Positions 12,613 through 25,429 of a stretch of DNA of 64,000 nt are shown here, one piece after another. How positions within the stretch are numbered: the first letter of the stretch is position 1; every line of letters begins with the position of its first letter. The notes under the pieces are model-generated. The model did not search any database and was not told the DNA's origin. It saw nothing but the letters and a program-made list of their open reading frames with translations. Source of the DNA: Octopus vulgaris (taxonomy: Eukaryota). Position numbers and translations under genes: made by a program. The stretch covers positions 54,994,001 through 55,058,000 of the forward strand of contig OX597816.1 in NCBI GenBank assembly GCA_951406725.2, in the 5' to 3' direction.

Positions 12613-12726
12613 CCAAGATATGACGTCAGTTGCGAGTGCGTTTGAGAACATTCCTCCCAGAATAGCTGCATAGGATGTTCGCGAGGGGAAGAAAGAAGCG
12701 AATCTTGGATGTTGCCAGTGACATAT
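12613..12726 (-). CDS. Gene B coding exon 2 (substrate-pocket exon)
   Basis: caacag|ICHWQHPRFASFFPSRTSYAAILGGMFSNALATDVISW|gtaagt; 114 nt; HWQHPRF resembles invertebrate tyrosine decarboxylases. Confidence 0.92.
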
Positions 12727-13954
12727 CTGTTGGGTGTTAACGAGCAAGTGCGATAAATGAAACTACATAAACGACTTTCTTACCTATGAGATAGGTAAGA
12801 AAGCTAGGATTAGAGAGATCAAATGATGATAGTAAATGGTAAATGATGAATGGCGATAAAATGAGATGAAATAGAATACAAAGAAATAAATTGATGTTAA
12901 TGCCATCAATTCTGCATGCAATATATTCGCAGTTTATGTCAAAAGCCAGAACACTAAAAGACTTGTAAACTATAAAAATAATAAACCTAATTCAATATGG
13001 TACTTGTCACTATGCGACATCTCGTTTCCTACGTTGTATGGGAGTAAAGAAAGTATAAAGGAAGCTAGCGAAAATCCCAAGTTATCAATACATAGAAAAG
13101 TTGAAGTGGTGGGGTGGGTGTATAGGAGGAATAGTTAGGGAATAATTGAGGGGGACACTTTTATTTGTATCTTAAGTATGTGTTACACAACTTGTGTTTG
13201 TAATTAATCATTAGGTCACTCCGTTCTTTCCCTCCGTGCACAACTATAGGATACTATTGGTGCACATAGAACACGCGCATGTGTGCAGTTATACGAATGT
13301 ATAATTTTACTGTTAAGTAATAAACCAACATAACTCCGACTGCTATGACTAAGAGATAGAAACTTTATCCCTCATATCTCCCTCTTTTCTTACCCCTCCT
13401 CTCTTCTTCTCTTCTAGCAAATCCACCTTCCTCTCTCTCCTAAATATTTTACCTCTTCTTTTTTTTTCTCATTCTTGGCCATTTCACTTCTAAAAATTCT
13501 TCTTTTCTGATTCTGTATAAATGTTTATACTTGGGTGCAACAATATATTTATTTACCGTTCACAAAGTAAAATGGGACCAGCTTAATATTCTTTTCTACA
13601 AGGCCCAACATTTTGTGGGAGAGGGCCAGTCGATTAGATCGACCCCAGTATGAAATCGGTACTTAATTTATTAACACCGAAAGGAGGAAAAGCAAAGTCG
13701 ACCTCGGCGGAAGGCACCAGCTTAATATTCCCAACAATCTTCTCCTCAATCAACATCAACCTAAAGTCTCCCTTCTTCCCTGTCTCCTTTTCTTTAGACA
13801 ATTGCCAAGTCCTGTAATTTTAACCATTTCCTTTTTTACCATTTAGTTTCTTCGTACATACGTTTTTCTATTTTATATTTTTGTTCCTTTCTTCCGTCTT
13901 CACCACTCATTTTAAATTATGCCTTCGGCGAGTTAACTTAGGATTTCCGAACAA

Positions 13955-14310
13955 CAATGTAACCCTTCATTTAACTAAGGTATCTTCGGCTTGATGAGTA
14001 GCTAGCGGAGTGCCCCTCGTTGACTAATTATTACTTCCTAGGGTCTGCTAACGAGAAAACATAGGTAGCTTGATATATATATATATATTATTCGTTTCAG
14101 TCATTTCACTAGGGTCATGCTGGAGCATGACGAACAAATTGACCCCAGGATCTATTCTTTTTAAGCCTAGTACTTGTTCTCTCGGTCTCTTCTGCCGAAC
14201 TGCTAAGTTATGGCGGACGTAAACACACCAACATCAGTTGTCAAGCGATGGTATGGGACAAATGCAGACACACAAGCACATATATGTGTGTATATATATA
14301 TATATATGTG

Positions 14311-14369
<59 letters not shown>

Positions 14370-14655
14370 ATGTATGTAAATCACACAAGGATGTGGACAA
14401 CTGTATAATGAATGCAGAGAACAAGTACTAGGCTTAAAAAGAATAGATCCTGGGGTCAATTTTGATCGTCATGCTCCAGCATGACCCCAGTGAAATGACT
14501 GAAACGAATAATATATATATATATATATATATATCAAGCTACCTATGTTTTCTCGTTATCAGACCCTCGGAAGTAATAATTAGTCAACGAGGGGCACTCC
14601 GCTAGCTACTCATCAGGCTGAAGATACCTTAGTTAAATGAAGGGTTACATTGTTG
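13955..14655. repeat. Local inverted duplication (~230-bp arms) in gene B intron 1
   Basis: 13955-14182 is the reverse complement of 14417-14655, including a SINE end and a decayed CTGATGA..GAAAAC motif. Confidence 0.85.
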
Positions 14656-15960
14656 AGAGGAGGAGCGAATATTTCAAGAACATTCGCTCCTCCTCTCAAC
14701 GGCAACCAGGCCATTTGTCAACCGTATCTTTCTCTTGGTCAATGGTATGACTGTCTGTTAAAGAGTTCACGTTTGAGTTAAGGACTTCAAAATCATCGAA
14801 TTCCAGGCGAGAACACATCAAAATTTGCTTGATGAGGTTTCGATCCCACGCTTTAGTGTCGCCAATAACATTAACAAGTATCACTGAGTAAGGCTGCAAA
14901 ATTCTTAAGTGTACTCTCTATAAGAGTAGTAGAGAACTTTTTCAAGAGCAGCTCAATTCACCTTTCATTAAAACTGAAATATTGAAATGCAAAAGCTCAA
15001 GAAATCCAGCTGTTGCAGGTGGTTAAGACATTACCAACTTCTATGGTAAAGTGATAGCTTTCAATGACCACCGCCCCATGGCACAAATCAAAGACATTAA
15101 ACGACACTTCCCTTCTAGAAGATAGCAGGAATGGAGTTCTGGTAAAACCTCTTTAAACTATTCTTAAAATATTCTAAACAGTATTCCCATCATAGTGTAT
15201 CCGTGGTAGGAATTCTGGGTTCGGTTAAATTTCATCTGAGATATTGAAGGAGAATAGGTTTTCTCTGAATAATATTGTCTTGCAGTACATCTGCAAAAAT
15301 AAGAGATACACGTGTTTGCTTCAACAGTAACGGCATAACTTCCCTATCTGTTGTTAAGAAGATGTTAGTCAAACTATGCTCAAAATTCAGATTCAATTAA
15401 TACCAATGAAACAACCCACCAGGTGCAAAATGCTGCTCTCGCAGGAAAAGTCGTCAGTATGGGATTAGTTAAAATCTGTTCTGACAGAAATTCAAGGAGT
15501 AGTATCAGAACCTTTCCATTTGTAGATTTATCAAGATGTTGGCATTATAAACAGGTTCTTTCTGAAACATAGTCACGGAACGTTTATTTGTCGCCCAAAT
15601 TCTTTATTCTTTCTTCCAAATTCAAGAAAAGAAGGTTAATCCGAGTTAGTGTTGAAAAGAAAATATCTGAACTTTTCATGCCGAGCTAAACGACCACATA
15701 AGAGGTCAAAGAATAATTGATGATCACTTGGAAGAGCGACAATATTAACCAGTCAAAAGTGGAATATATTGCTACCGTTTGTTTATTAGGGGGCATCCCG
15801 CTTCTAGGAGTGTGAAAGATATGTGCTAGAAACAACTCGATATTACAAGGTAAAGCAAAGAAAGAGATGTTTACTTAGCGTTACATTGAACCCATCCAAA
15901 ATGCATGCATCTCGCCTGCGACTGAAATTGTATATGATGGAATTATGTATATTATTATAT

Positions 15961-16179
15961 AGAAGGCGTGCTGAAAAGTTCCTGGCTTTGCATAAAGAAA
16001 AATACAGAAGGATCAGTTAATTATGATTTTATTCGACATATTCCCCTCCAAAATTCACATACTTATTGCAGCGGTCGTTCAGGTTTTCTAAGCCCTATGA
16101 ACCAAGTCGGAAATTTGGGCCCCCAACTAGGCCTTTCGCGATATCCTTAAAGCCAAGAGCTTTTGCAGCACTCCATCGT
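15961..16179. mobile_element. Mariner-derived MITE
   Basis: TIR-like AGAAGGCGTGCTGAAAAGTTCCTGGCTTT / AAAGCCAAGAGCTTTTGCAGCACTCC. Confidence 0.6.
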
Positions 16180-16217
16180 TTAAACGAAGTTTGTATAACA
16201 CTACTACTACTACTTAC

Positions 16218-16421
16218 TCCTGACATGATTACTCGTTCGATATCATCAAAAACGTCTTTCCAGGGATGTGCATATTCAGGAGCTTTATCTGTAATCATAA
16301 TTCTCAAGAAGCCGGGTGCACACACAGGTAAAACCTTTCTGCTTCGAATATTATGAAAATAATCAACTATATATTTAGCTAATTCTACAGCGGCAGCCTC
16401 GAAGTCTTCAGCATTTTCCAT
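16218..16421 (-). CDS. Gene B (second tandem group II PLP decarboxylase) first coding exon
   Basis: ATG MENAEDFEAAAVELAKYIVDYFHNIRSRKVLPVCAPGFLRIMITDKAPEYAHPWKDVFDDIERVIMSG|gtaagt; 204 nt; possible acceptor at 16442 suggests an upstream UTR exon. Confidence 0.92.
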
Positions 16422-16928
16422 GCCGTTTTTTCAGATGAAGACTTAAATAAATAAATAAATAAATATTAGATTTGGTTAGATTATTGCTTTATTGGCATGT
16501 CTTTTTTGCTCAAATAGTTAATTACGTAATAATACATCATTATTTAATTGCGTAAGCTATTTCTATTGCATAAATATCATTATTTAGTTACGTAACAATC
16601 CGCTACTGAAGTTTCAGGCTAAATCTGTTAACCTCTATAATAAAACTGGTCTTCTTTGGATACGAAAAGATTTCGCTTGTTCACAGGGAAATGCTGACAT
16701 CTTTGTTGATTACAAACAGTTATATACTTAATAAAAATGACTGGGATTTTGAGTAGAATCCTTGAACAGATTTATAAAGACAATATCGTCCGCATTGTCA
16801 AAAATTATTTTCAACATAATATTTTAGATGTATTTCATTACAAAAGGGTGTTTGTAATGTTCTGTCTGGTGCGAAGTATGCAATGGTAATAATTTTTATC
16901 TCTCGGATTATTAATTTTACGAGTTTGT

Positions 16929-16997
<69 letters not shown>

Positions 16998-17467
16998 TAT
17001 AAAGTACCTATACTTATTTCGATACTATCTATCATGAGCCTTGAATATGATTATATGAAATAAACATGATCGGTATGTTGTATTTTACATACACTTTAAC
17101 ACATCTTTCAGACGTGCGCAAACATTACTATATTTCTAAGAAATTTATCTCTTAATCCGGATTGTCTATTCTTCTAGCAACATTATCACATTGCTGCCAG
17201 GAGGGCAGCATTGTAACGACAATTGTTGAATTGTTGAAACATGAGTAATATTATCTTCAACAGGAATAATGTTATGATCGGTATTTTCTAAGTTAAATGA
17301 CTTCACTGTTGCTGTCGATATTTGTTAGAGAAGTTTTAGCTATGACCTGATCAATCATTGTAAAGGCACAATATTTGTGGCTCTCTCGAGAAAACATCTG
17401 CCAACATATTACAATTTCTGTCCTCAGCTGAGCTTAGTGCTGCCCTCTCTCTCTCTCACTCTCTCTC

Positions 17468-17509
<42 letters not shown>

Positions 17510-17519
17510 GTAAATTACG

Positions 17520-18941
17520 TATTAGAAACATATATATTTATCAAAATATACCCCATCATATTTTTTTGTCTGCTGCCATCGTTGTGCAAGGGGCTCAATC
17601 CCACGCTTACACCATTTGGCTACTTTTGAGGTTAAAAACTCCCTGCGCCCGTTTTCAACTTCATCTACACTGCTGAACCTCCGTCCGTGCGGAAATTGAG
17701 CTCCGGGAATGATGGTAATCTGATAGTGCAAGGTCTGGACTGTGGTCAGCATCAGATAGCACTAATAGCCTTACAAGTTCTTCAAATTTGTGCTTGGTCA
17801 AATTGGCAGTGCGTGCTGCGACAGTCATACTGTAAAAGTGCGTGTCTTCGACTGGCCATTTCCTGCTAGCGGGCTTTCAGAGTATCATACACTCACTGCA
17901 GTTACTGAGCATAAAGGTTAGCGTTCACAGCATGCCCCTTTGGGACATACTCAAAGTGCAATACCCACCCGAATTCCACCAAACACAGAACAAGACATTC
18001 TGTTCAAAGCGCCTTTGTTTGACAACAGGTTCTGAAGCCTGGTCGGAACAAAGTCACTGATTTCTCTTGTTAGGATTACAGAAGTTGATTCATTTTTCAT
18101 CTTATGTTACAATTCAAAACCAAGAACCGGTATATCGAGGGTTTGCCAGAAGCTGTTAGCAAGATCCATTTTTCATCTTCTGTTACAATTCAAAACCAAA
18201 AACCGGTATATCGAGGGTTTGCCAGAAGCTGTTAGCAAGATCCATTTTTCATCTGCTGTTACAATTCAAAACCAAAAACCGGTATATCGAGGGTTTACCA
18301 GAAGCTGTTAGCAAGATCCATTTTTCATCTTCTGTTACAATTCAAAACCAAGAACCGGTATTTCGAGGGTTTGCCAGAAGCTGTTAGCAAATGTTCACGC
18401 ATCATTGAGACTGGTCATTCGTCAGTTGATAAGGAGCTTCTTGACACCATCTGTTCGCAAGGCCGTATCCGCTGGTGGAGCTTTGTAAATGATCAGGTCC
18501 TGCTTACAATGTACGAATGCTTGTTCTTGGATGCTGTTCAACCATTTCAAGCAAGGACTCATCTTCTGCAACAAAGATGACTTTTTAAAGTTTATCTTCG
18601 AGGCTGATGTCACCTTCCCTGAAAACTCTGAAACTCTTGAAACTGTTGACAGTTCCTGGATCTTCCACGTCATTACTTTCTTTTATTGCTTGCCCTTGCA
18701 CAAAGTCCGCTTTTCCACAGGAAGCTTAAAATGGCTCTAATTGCAAATTTTCCCACCACTGATTATCAGAGCTGTAAAAAACAAACAAATAACAATTAAC
18801 GTTTGTATGTTATTTAGTGAATCAAAGAATAAACAATTCAGCAACGAATGAACAAGTTGTATCGCATTAATGATTTATCATGGTGATACCAGCTGCCACA
18901 AATCGTAGAAAATTCCAAAAAAGACTTTTGAGTCAACCTAG
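17520..18941 (-). mobile_element. Decayed Tc1/mariner transposon
   Basis: IVTEDEKWI and GRRFSSVDEV..GIEPLAQRWQ..DGVYFD motifs; TIR-like GACTTTTGAGTCAACCTA at the right end. Confidence 0.8.
18089..18389 (+). repeat. 76-bp tandem repeat, 4 copies, inside the mariner
   Basis: AACCGGTATATCG recurs every 76 nt (GG ends at 18130, 18206, 18282, 18358). Confidence 0.9.
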
Positions 18942-18984
18942 CACAAACACACACACACACACTTACACGCACACACACATACAT

Positions 18985-19068
<84 letters not shown>

Positions 19069-19074
<6 letters not shown>

Positions 19075-20351
19075 TTGTGTGAAAACGTTCCATGATTAGG
19101 TTTAATAAAAAGTAACTTATCCAGGTTTTATCATCATCTTCTTCGAAATAGTCACCTTGCGTAGCAATAGACTGGTCCCAGCGCTCCCGTCACATTTATA
19201 TTCAGGCCTGGCAGTCATTTTCCGTAAGCGGGTCGAGAACCTTCTGCGATTCGCTCTAGATCTCGACAACGGTGTTAAAGCGGTGACTTTTGAGCAACAT
19301 TTTCATCTTAGGGAAGAGATGGAAGTCGCAGATGCTAAATCTGGCGAATAGAGCAGGTGCAGAAGCAATACCATGTTGCTTTTGGCGAGAAACTCACGAG
19401 TGGTGAGAGCTCGGTGACAGAGTGCCTTGTCGGCGTGAAGAATCAGTCACTTTCGCCGAATGTCATCTCTCAAATACTTCAAAATGTCGCAGATTGACGG
19501 TTTGGCCCCGGGGGACCGAATTCTCGAGGCACCATATGGCGGATATCGAAATAAAGATATGCATGCTCTTGAATGAGATGCGGCTCTGTCATTGCATTCG
19601 TCGGTCGTGGAAATGAAGGCCTCTTCCATTGTGGTGACTGCTGCTTCGTTTCACAATCGCACCCGTAGACCAAACTCTCGTCACCAGTGATGACCATCGA
19701 CATGAGGGAGAGCTTATCAACAGCACGCTGACGCAGATCTCGACAGACTTTGACGCGATGTTCTTTCTGCTCAATGTTCAGTAGGTGGGGGACAATCTTG
19801 GCAGGGACACGCCGCATGTTTAATTCAGACGTTAGGATTGTCTGCATGGACCCACACTATGGTCCAACAAAATCAGCATTGTCGTTGATTGTCATACGAC
19901 GATCCTCATGCATTTTAGCTAATGAATTTTCTCCGTATTTCCTGGTTAAACGCCCGTAGCATGTCTTTCAGATCACTCAAATTCTTCCAAGCTTGTTATT
20001 TCGCATCTGAAGCGCCCGTGCCTCTCAAATCATGGCGTATGACCCACTCACTCATCGTCGTCCGCTTGCCGAAGCATACTTAATGTCAGTATACCAGACT
20101 TCCCAAGTTTAACGCAAAATTTCACTTTGGCTCTTGGTTCCAATTTCCTATCCATGACAAACTCGCAGACTACAACATACACGTAATCACAAACATACAA
20201 ATTTGAAAACTTGCGAAGTAAACACAGCGGTGTTACTCGGCACACGTCCTTATGAGGATCACTGCTAGCTCTCACTGCCCACGCAACTGTGTGTTGCCAT
20301 CTGTTGGCGTGCTAAGGAACTAGTCCCGGTGTATTTTGACACCATTTCATA
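19069..20351 (-). mobile_element. Decayed, near full-length mariner transposon
   Basis: VKFCVKLGKS N-terminus, MRRVPAKIVPHLL, ITGDESLVYG..ETKQQS..W; degenerate TIRs at both ends. Confidence 0.85.
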
Positions 20352-20420
20352 CACACACACACTATATAATATAATATATATATGCATGCATATATATGTA
20401 AATGTATGTATATATGTATG

Positions 20421-20499
<79 letters not shown>

Positions 20500-20559
20500 C
20501 TATATATATGCATAGATATTTGTATGTATACATTTATACATACATACATACATACATAT

Positions 20560-21190
20560 ATCCTCATTTGTGCGGCCACACCTCGAATACTGCTGTCCCT
20601 GTGGTCTCCGCATACAAAAAAAAAAAACATCTCGAAAACTGAATCGCCCCAGAGGGTGGGTATTCACTAAACGAATTAAGAGCATGACTGCTCTCGATTA
20701 CTGGGACCACCTTAAAGCATTGAAACTCTATCTCCAGTGCCGCCGCGAGCAGTACATCATTTGCGCAATGTAGAGAATATGCCGCCAGCATTGCCCAAAC
20801 GACCTAAACATTAGCTTCACAGTTCATCCAAGGCTGGGACCACGGGCCATACGTCCCCTGCCCAATGCAGGATCACAATACATAAATGCACTGCAACACA
20901 ATTTCTTTTCCTCAACAGGCCCTTCCCTATTTAACATTGTCCTCAAACAGATCAAAGAGGAAAAGGATCCCATCACCTTTAAACGGAATCTGGACTAATT
21001 TCTTTAAGGAATACCAGATAAGCCACCTATACCTGGATTCAACTCAGTCAACAAGAACTCCCTACTCGTGTGGACCATGATGCCACAAAGCTTGACTTGA
21101 AACTGATTTAGATAATCCTATTAGGTGGTGCTATTAAGTTAGACATGGCCTGGACCAATCTTTGGTCGAAACATATCTAAGATTATATAA
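20560..21190 (+). mobile_element. Decayed CR1-like LINE 3' end
   Basis: [30 protein letters not shown]. Confidence 0.7.
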
Positions 21191-21192
21191 GT

Positions 21193-21240
<48 letters not shown>

Positions 21241-21455
21241 CAACGGATAGATAAGTAGATAGATAGATAGATAGATAGAAACATAGATATAGATATGTAG
21301 ATATGTTTGTTTATAAGTATGTCTACATATATTCGCGTATACGTTTGTGCGCTGGTGTGTATGTGTATATATATATATATATATATAAATTACTTTACTC
21401 TGCAATGTATTGAGTACCTTATTTACTGTGGTTAACCCCGACTCAACCCGGGACC

Positions 21456-21505
<50 letters not shown>

Positions 21506-22235
21506 GTATACATACAAACATACAAACATACACACATACACACAAATACATATGTGTGTGTATGTATATGTATATACCCCCCTACACACACAGACAGGTA
21601 TATGTATGTATGCATAAATTGTTTGAAGTGGTGAACACGTTTTATATGTATTGAGGGAAAGAAGGCAGTTACGATTTACATTATCTATTTCTATGCATAA
21701 TTCAAGATGTTTATTGCTCTTTCCTTGGCAGCAGTGAGCAATAGACACTTGAAATATAGATATAAACAATCCAAATGCTGACTACCTCCTTTTTCTAAAT
21801 ACGACCTGAAGGTTAAGGTGTTATACTCACGATCAGCAGATTGTGGGTTCAATTCCCAGATCAGGCGGCGTGTTGTCTACTTCATTATTGCTCCTGTGCA
21901 TTCAACTATGACTGGGTGACCCTGCGATGGACCAGCCTTCCGGTCAAGGGGCATGTTGGCATGCTTGCTTAGCCATCAGGATGGTATGGTTTGAAAACTA
22001 AAACTGCGCAAAGCGCATTGTGATCAGCAATGTGTAACAACATTCGATATATATCACAGACTCACATGATATATATGTATATACATGTATACATACACAC
22101 ATACATGTGTGCGTATATAAAATTTGTACGTCTGTAATAAAACCGCTAAGTTACGGGGACGTAAAGGCACGAGCATCGCTTGTCAAGCGATGCTGGAGAT
22201 ACACACACACAGACACACACACAAATAAACACACA

Positions 22236-22307
<72 letters not shown>

Positions 22308-22468
22308 CGACGGGTTTCTTCCAGTTTCCATCTACCAAATGCTCTCACAAGGCTTTGGTCGGCCCGTGGCTATAGTAGAAGACACTTGCCCGAGGTGCCA
22401 CGCAGTGGGTCAGAACCCGAAACCATGTGGTTGGTAAGCAAGCTACTTACCATACAGCCACTCCTGTG

Positions 22469-22524
<56 letters not shown>

Positions 22525-23185
22525 AAAATACACATTAAGTACAAGACATCACAAGTGAGTGAAATACGTAAACACACAGAGATATGAACTGAACAAAATA
22601 CCAAAGGAACTCCTCCTCAGTTGTCGATTGCTTATTGCTACCTGTTTCGAGCTTTCAATGACAAGACAAGAAAACTTCATAAGATAGCAGCATCCAGAAA
22701 TTTTTAAAATATAAAATTCATGGAGTGTTAGGCCTTCGAACGAACAAACAATACCAGAGTGGACGAAGAGATTAAGCAATCAGCGAAGACAGACTTTAAG
22801 GGCCGTTAGGCCAAGAGGAACTGCAATGGGTAACGCCTGGGAGAAAGTTTGAAAGGATATAGAATAAATAGAAGAGAAAAATATCGAGAGGCGAGTGAAA
22901 TGATGTCCAGCCAATGGATATCCCATCCAAAAAGAAAGAGAGATGGGGAAAATGGCTTTTAATCACGTGTGACCAACAGGCAGAAGGGAAGGGGAACAAG
23001 AGAGGAGAGGAAGGAAAGAAACGTAGTGAGTGAAGAGAAAGGAGAAGGAAAGATAGATAGACAAGGGACAACGAAGACGTAGGGGGAGAAAAGAAATAAA
23101 GGAGATTACAGAGGGATAGAGAGAAAGAAAGAAAATAAGCAGAGAACTGAGTCGCAGAAATTATATACATATATGTAAAATCTTT

Positions 23186-23449
23186 TTGTTCATAAAGGTT
23201 GCGTGGCGTTCAATTATAAATAATAAAAAAATACACATTAAGTACAGGACATCACAAACGAGAGAAAAATACATAAATACACGACAGATAAGTACAGGAC
23301 AAATACAAAAAAAATACACATTAAGTACAGGATACCACCGACGAGTGAAAAATACTGTTTACGTATTTTTCACTCGTCGGTGATATCCTGTACTTAATGT
23401 GTATTTTTTTAATTATTTATAATTGAACGCCATGCAACCTTTGTCAACA
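23186..23449. repeat. Inverted repeat just downstream of gene A
   Basis: AAGGTTGCGTGGCGTTCAATTATAAATAA..CACATTAAGTACAGGA..CCGACGAGTGAAAAATAC and its reverse complement; centre ~23359. Confidence 0.8.
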
Positions 23450-23452
23450 GTA

Positions 23453-23529
<77 letters not shown>

Positions 23530-23570
23530 TATATTATATTATATTATATTATATTATATATATATATAAT

Positions 23571-23576
23571 TTTATT
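23571..23576 (-). promoter_or_regulatory. Putative polyadenylation signal of gene A
   Basis: AATAAA on the minus strand about 40 nt after the stop; AT-rich context weakens specificity. Confidence 0.45.
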
Positions 23577-23614
23577 CGCATATCTAATTTTGATGTTAAA
23601 AAACATGGCATCAG

Positions 23615-23833
23615 TCAAAGAGATTTGGAGCGTTCTAGCTCGGGAATAAGTAACACTGAATTCGCCAGTTTGCAAATAACGTCATAGCAATTCTGTAAAT
23701 CTTCAGGTTCCGAGTGATATGAGCTGACAACAAATCGAAGGAAGAGTTTATCATCAATTTTGAAAGACAGCATATGAAGTTCATTGTTCAAATGTATTAA
23801 TTTGAGTAACCTTTTGTTGTATTCATTGCTTCC
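23615..23833 (-). CDS. Gene A terminal coding exon with stop codon
   Basis: taacag|GSNEYNKRLLKLIHLNNELHMLSFKIDDKLFLRFVVSSYHSEPEDLQNCYDVICKLANSVLLIPELERSKSL*; GSN..N..LL and LRF motifs of the DDC C-terminal domain. Confidence 0.92.
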   Translation of the reverse strand, partial: GSNEYNKRLLKLIHLNNELHMLSFKIDDKLFLRFVVSSYHSEPEDLQNCYDVICKLANSVLLIPELERSKSL

Positions 23834-24689
23834 CTGTTAAATAATAAATACAGCAGTAATTAGTAGACGTCGATAAATAAATTGATACTAAGTGTTAATA
23901 CAAAGAAATAGTAATCATTATTTGCAGTAGGACTATGTCGTATATTTGAGTAAGCACCGACACGTAGGTAACAGGTCCAGTTACCTGTTTTCCATGGTAC
24001 CATTATAAGTCACCATAATCACAACATTCTCATAGAATAAAACTCCTGTTTGTTGTAGGGTTTCTCATTTACATTGAAAGAAATGAAGCAACGTAAAGTG
24101 AAGTGTTTTTTCTCAATAACACAATGCACCATGTGGTCCGGGAATAGAAACCGTGCCCTTATGATTGTGAGTATATCATTCTATCTCTAGACATCGGGCC
24201 TACACCATCCATTTGAGAGGTTCGTAATTTCATTAAATCTATGTCTTTATTAAATGTTGCCAATACATCGAAGCAAGAAACACGAATGGCAAAGATCTAA
24301 CTTCCGAGTTCTGAAAAGAAATTTTTTGTCGGAGCTTGTACTCAACTAAAGAGGAGCAAATAAATGCGTTTAATTTTAGAAACTATATCAGAACCTAAAA
24401 TTATATAAATCGTGGAGCTACTGACAAGGATCACCAGCAGCAACTGTGTGGAGGCGCAATGGCCCAGTGGTTAGGCCAGCGGTAGAGTGGTAGGCCAGTG
24501 GTAGAGTGGTAGGCCAGTGGTAGAGTGGCTGCAGCAGGAAGCAGCAAGACAATCTTGGGAGGAGGTATCCAGGTCCAGCCCTGAAACTAAGAGCTATGGG
24601 GGCCAGTGGGACCTTCTTCATCTGAACGATCGACTACCTGAGAGGCGCTTAATAAGTATTGGCAGTTGGTGATACCCAAGAAGATGAGA

Positions 24690-25420
24690 CCTGACCTGCT
24701 GGAAGAAGCTCACAACCAAATTGCAAGTGGACATCTGGGATAAAGAAAACGTTGAATCGACTGCGGCACAGATTCTATTGGAGGGGCATGCGTCAGGACG
24801 TCCAAGAATGGTGTCGATCTTGTGATGTATGCTGCGCCAAGAAGGGACCGAGGAAGTGTGGGTGTGCCTCTCTGCAGTTATAACAGGTGGGTGTGCCCAT
24901 GGAAAGGGTAGCCGTGGATATTGCTGGAACGTTGCCACTCACAGAAAGAGGAAATAGGTACATATGTGTGACTATGGACTACTTCACAAAGTGGCCTATG
25001 CCATCCGTGAACAGGAAGCCACATATGTTGCGCAAGTGTTAGTAAATCAGTTCTTCTGTCGGTTCGGGGTGCCCCAGAAGTTGCATTCCGATCAAGGTAG
25101 GAACTTTGTATCAGCTGTGTTCCAGGAGTGCTGTAAGCTGTTGGGATTAAGAAGACCAGAACAACCCCAATGAGATCACAGTCGGACAAGATGGTAGAAA
25201 GGTTTAACTGGACACTAGAACAAGAACTAGCCAAATATTGTATAGAAGGACAGATGGAATGGGATTTGAAGTTACCTTCGTTATTGCTCGCTTATCGTTC
25301 GGCTGCAATGTTGGTCTCCCGGTTGATCTGTTGATGGGAAGACTACCAGGGGAGGAGAGAAACCACCAGCTATGTGAAACAGCTGCAAGAGAGGCTTTCG
25401 GGTGAAGTGATGAAGCGTCG
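24690..25420 (+). mobile_element. Gypsy-type integrase relic (frameshifted)
   Basis: FYWRGMRQDVQEWCRSCDVC (HHCC part), ERVAVDIAG, FGVPQKLHSDQGRNF, VERFNWTL. Confidence 0.85.
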
Positions 25421-25429
25421 ACCTTTATT

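Noticed and set aside
21138-21180. TTAGA..GACCAA/TTGGTC-GAAAC-ATA-TCTAA, and the similar motif at 43181-43252, as hammerheads
   Set aside because: Stem and GAAA layout is present but there is no CUGAnGA-like core
23615-23630. C-terminal SKSL as a peroxisomal targeting signal
   Set aside because: The terminal tripeptide is KSL, not SKL-like PTS1
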